Below are positions 30,775 to 32,000 of a DNA stretch of 32,000 nt, one piece after another. Source of the stretch: Wolbachia endosymbiont of Dirofilaria (Dirofilaria) immitis (GTDB lineage Bacteria > Pseudomonadota > Alphaproteobacteria > Rickettsiales > Anaplasmataceae). The first letter of the stretch is position 1. Every line of letters begins with the position of its first letter. The stretch covers positions 660,001 to 692,000 of the forward strand of contig NZ_CP046578.1 in the NCBI RefSeq assembly GCF_013365455.1. The letters are read 5' to 3'. The translations under genes and the position numbers were made by a program. A model generated the notes under the pieces. That model made no database searches. It was not told the origin of the DNA and worked only from the letters and a program-made list of their open reading frames with translations.

Positions 30775-31494
30775 ATGCTGAACAATGTTACTAGAAGCCA
30801 AAAGAGTTTTTTACACAAGTGTGTTTTATTTATTACAATAGCACTCTTTCTGACATTAGTACTTTATAGATTACTTGATAAAATCACAAGTCAACTCAAT
30901 TATTATCTTATTTGGTATAATAATCGCTTATCCAGTCTATTACTAAGTAATGGATTTTCAATTGATAAAGTAGTCATCACTGGTAACAAATTTACAAATG
31001 AGGAGGACATTTTAAACTTGATAAACAAAACACAACCAATTATGTATGTGTCACTATCAAAGCTCGCTGATAACATACAGTCTATAAGCAAATGGATAAA
31101 ATACGTAAGAATTTATAGAATTTTGCCAAATACCTTATACATTAACGTAGATGAACATAAACCTTTTGCTCTCTGGAACAATGATAATAAGACTTCAGTA
31201 ATCAATTCTGAAAATAAAGTGATTACAGATAACTACCTGATAGATAACCTCAATATAATCACAGAACAAAATTCGTTATCAAATCTAAAATTCACTAAAG
31301 ATGTATTAGAAAGAAAAACTCAATTAAGCAGCTATGTCTTTTCTTGTGTTCATGCAGAAAATAGAAAGTGTAACATGATACTTAACAACAGTTCCACAGT
31401 AAAACTACCTGAAGATAACCTTTATAGCACATGGGATTATTCAAACCATTTACAAAGCACAACTAGCTTCACCTTTTTAGGAATTCGAGCATGA
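30775..31494 (+). CDS. ftsQ: Cell division protein FtsQ (C-terminus possibly frameshifted)
   Basis: 239 aa; single N-terminal TM then POTRA-like 'GFSIDKVVITGNKFTNEEDILNLI'; 'KWIKYVRIYRILPNTLYINVDEHKPFALW'; immediately downstream of ddl. Confidence 0.85.
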   Translation: MLNNVTRSQKSFLHKCVLFITIALFLTLVLYRLLDKITSQLNYYLIWYNNRLSSLLLSNGFSIDKVVITGNKFTNEEDILNLINKTQPIMYVSLSKLADNIQSISKWIKYVRIYRILPNTLYINVDEHKPFALWNNDNKTSVINSENKVITDNYLIDNLNIITEQNSLSNLKFTKDVLERKTQLSSYVFSCVHAENRKCNMILNNSSTVKLPEDNLYSTWDYSNHLQSTTSFTFLGIRA

Positions 31495-31963
31495 CTGATA
31501 TGTGCACTACAGATAAAATCTTTGTGAGCAGGTAACCTGCTATCACTCAAATATTCTAATACTACTCTTTTACGAACAGTGTTGCTCAAGCACACATACT
31601 GTGATCTGAGCTTTTATGTTACTTTAATAATGATGATTCTAAGATCCAAAAAAGAAATATAGGTTCCAGCCTCATATGCTGAATAACAAAATTTTTTGTA
31701 AAAATAGATGTTCATTCATGATTGAAATTAACTATGAATACTCAAAAAAAATTTGCTAGCAAAAGCAAAAAAAATCCACTATAGTAGATAGTTAATCACC
31801 TTTAACTCCGCAAATTAGCATATTATACTACCTTGAACAATTTATAAGCGCACTTTAGCTTAAAAAGCTAGAAGCTCTAGGTAAAATCAATAAAGATATG
31901 AAACGAATATAGTGCAAGAAAACAAGCACAAGACACCATTACATAATATTTGCATTATCAATT

Positions 31964-31978
31964 TGTCAAATTGACAAT
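31964..31978. promoter_or_regulatory. Perfect dyad TTGTCAA-A-TTGACAA (possible operator)
   Basis: Direct reading. Confidence 0.4.
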
Positions 31979-32000
31979 AATCAAACACCCCCTATCATTA

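Noticed and set aside
1-32000. CRISPR arrays, retron/reverse transcriptase, toxin-antitoxin, phage or defence islands
   Set aside because: Scanned for regularly spaced repeats and hallmark motifs; none seen. Long gaps are better explained by gene decay.

Overview
AT-rich (about 30% GC by eye) alphaproteobacterial chromosome window. Gene content and low coding density fit family Anaplasmataceae, most likely Ehrlichia (inference; I ran no search). Intact genes: a PpiD/SurA-like isomerase (+), ubiA-rbfA-infB-nusA (-), acnA (-), iscS (+), hemB (+), dapA-ssb (-), tRNA-Arg(CCG) (-), a proline-rich membrane protein (+), a type I secretion ABC ATPase/permease (-), tsaD (-), and ddl-ftsQ (+). The most informative content is in the 'empty' intergenic DNA. 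The 9.0-11.9 kb gap is an almost full-length decayed putA (proline dehydrogenase / P5C dehydrogenase) on the minus strand, recognisable across frameshifts and stops from PRODH motifs to the P5CDH C-terminus, with an 8-nt poly(G) tract inside it. The gap upstream of hemB holds a decayed Rpn-family (PD-(D/E)XK 'transposase') gene on the plus strand. Other candidates are a 36-aa hydrophobic micro-ORF, a possible frameshift at the ftsQ 3' end, an orphan terminator, and several perfect dyad/hairpin elements, one sharing a 13-nt arm with a second locus. I found no CRISPR array, rRNA, phage or convincing new defence system.
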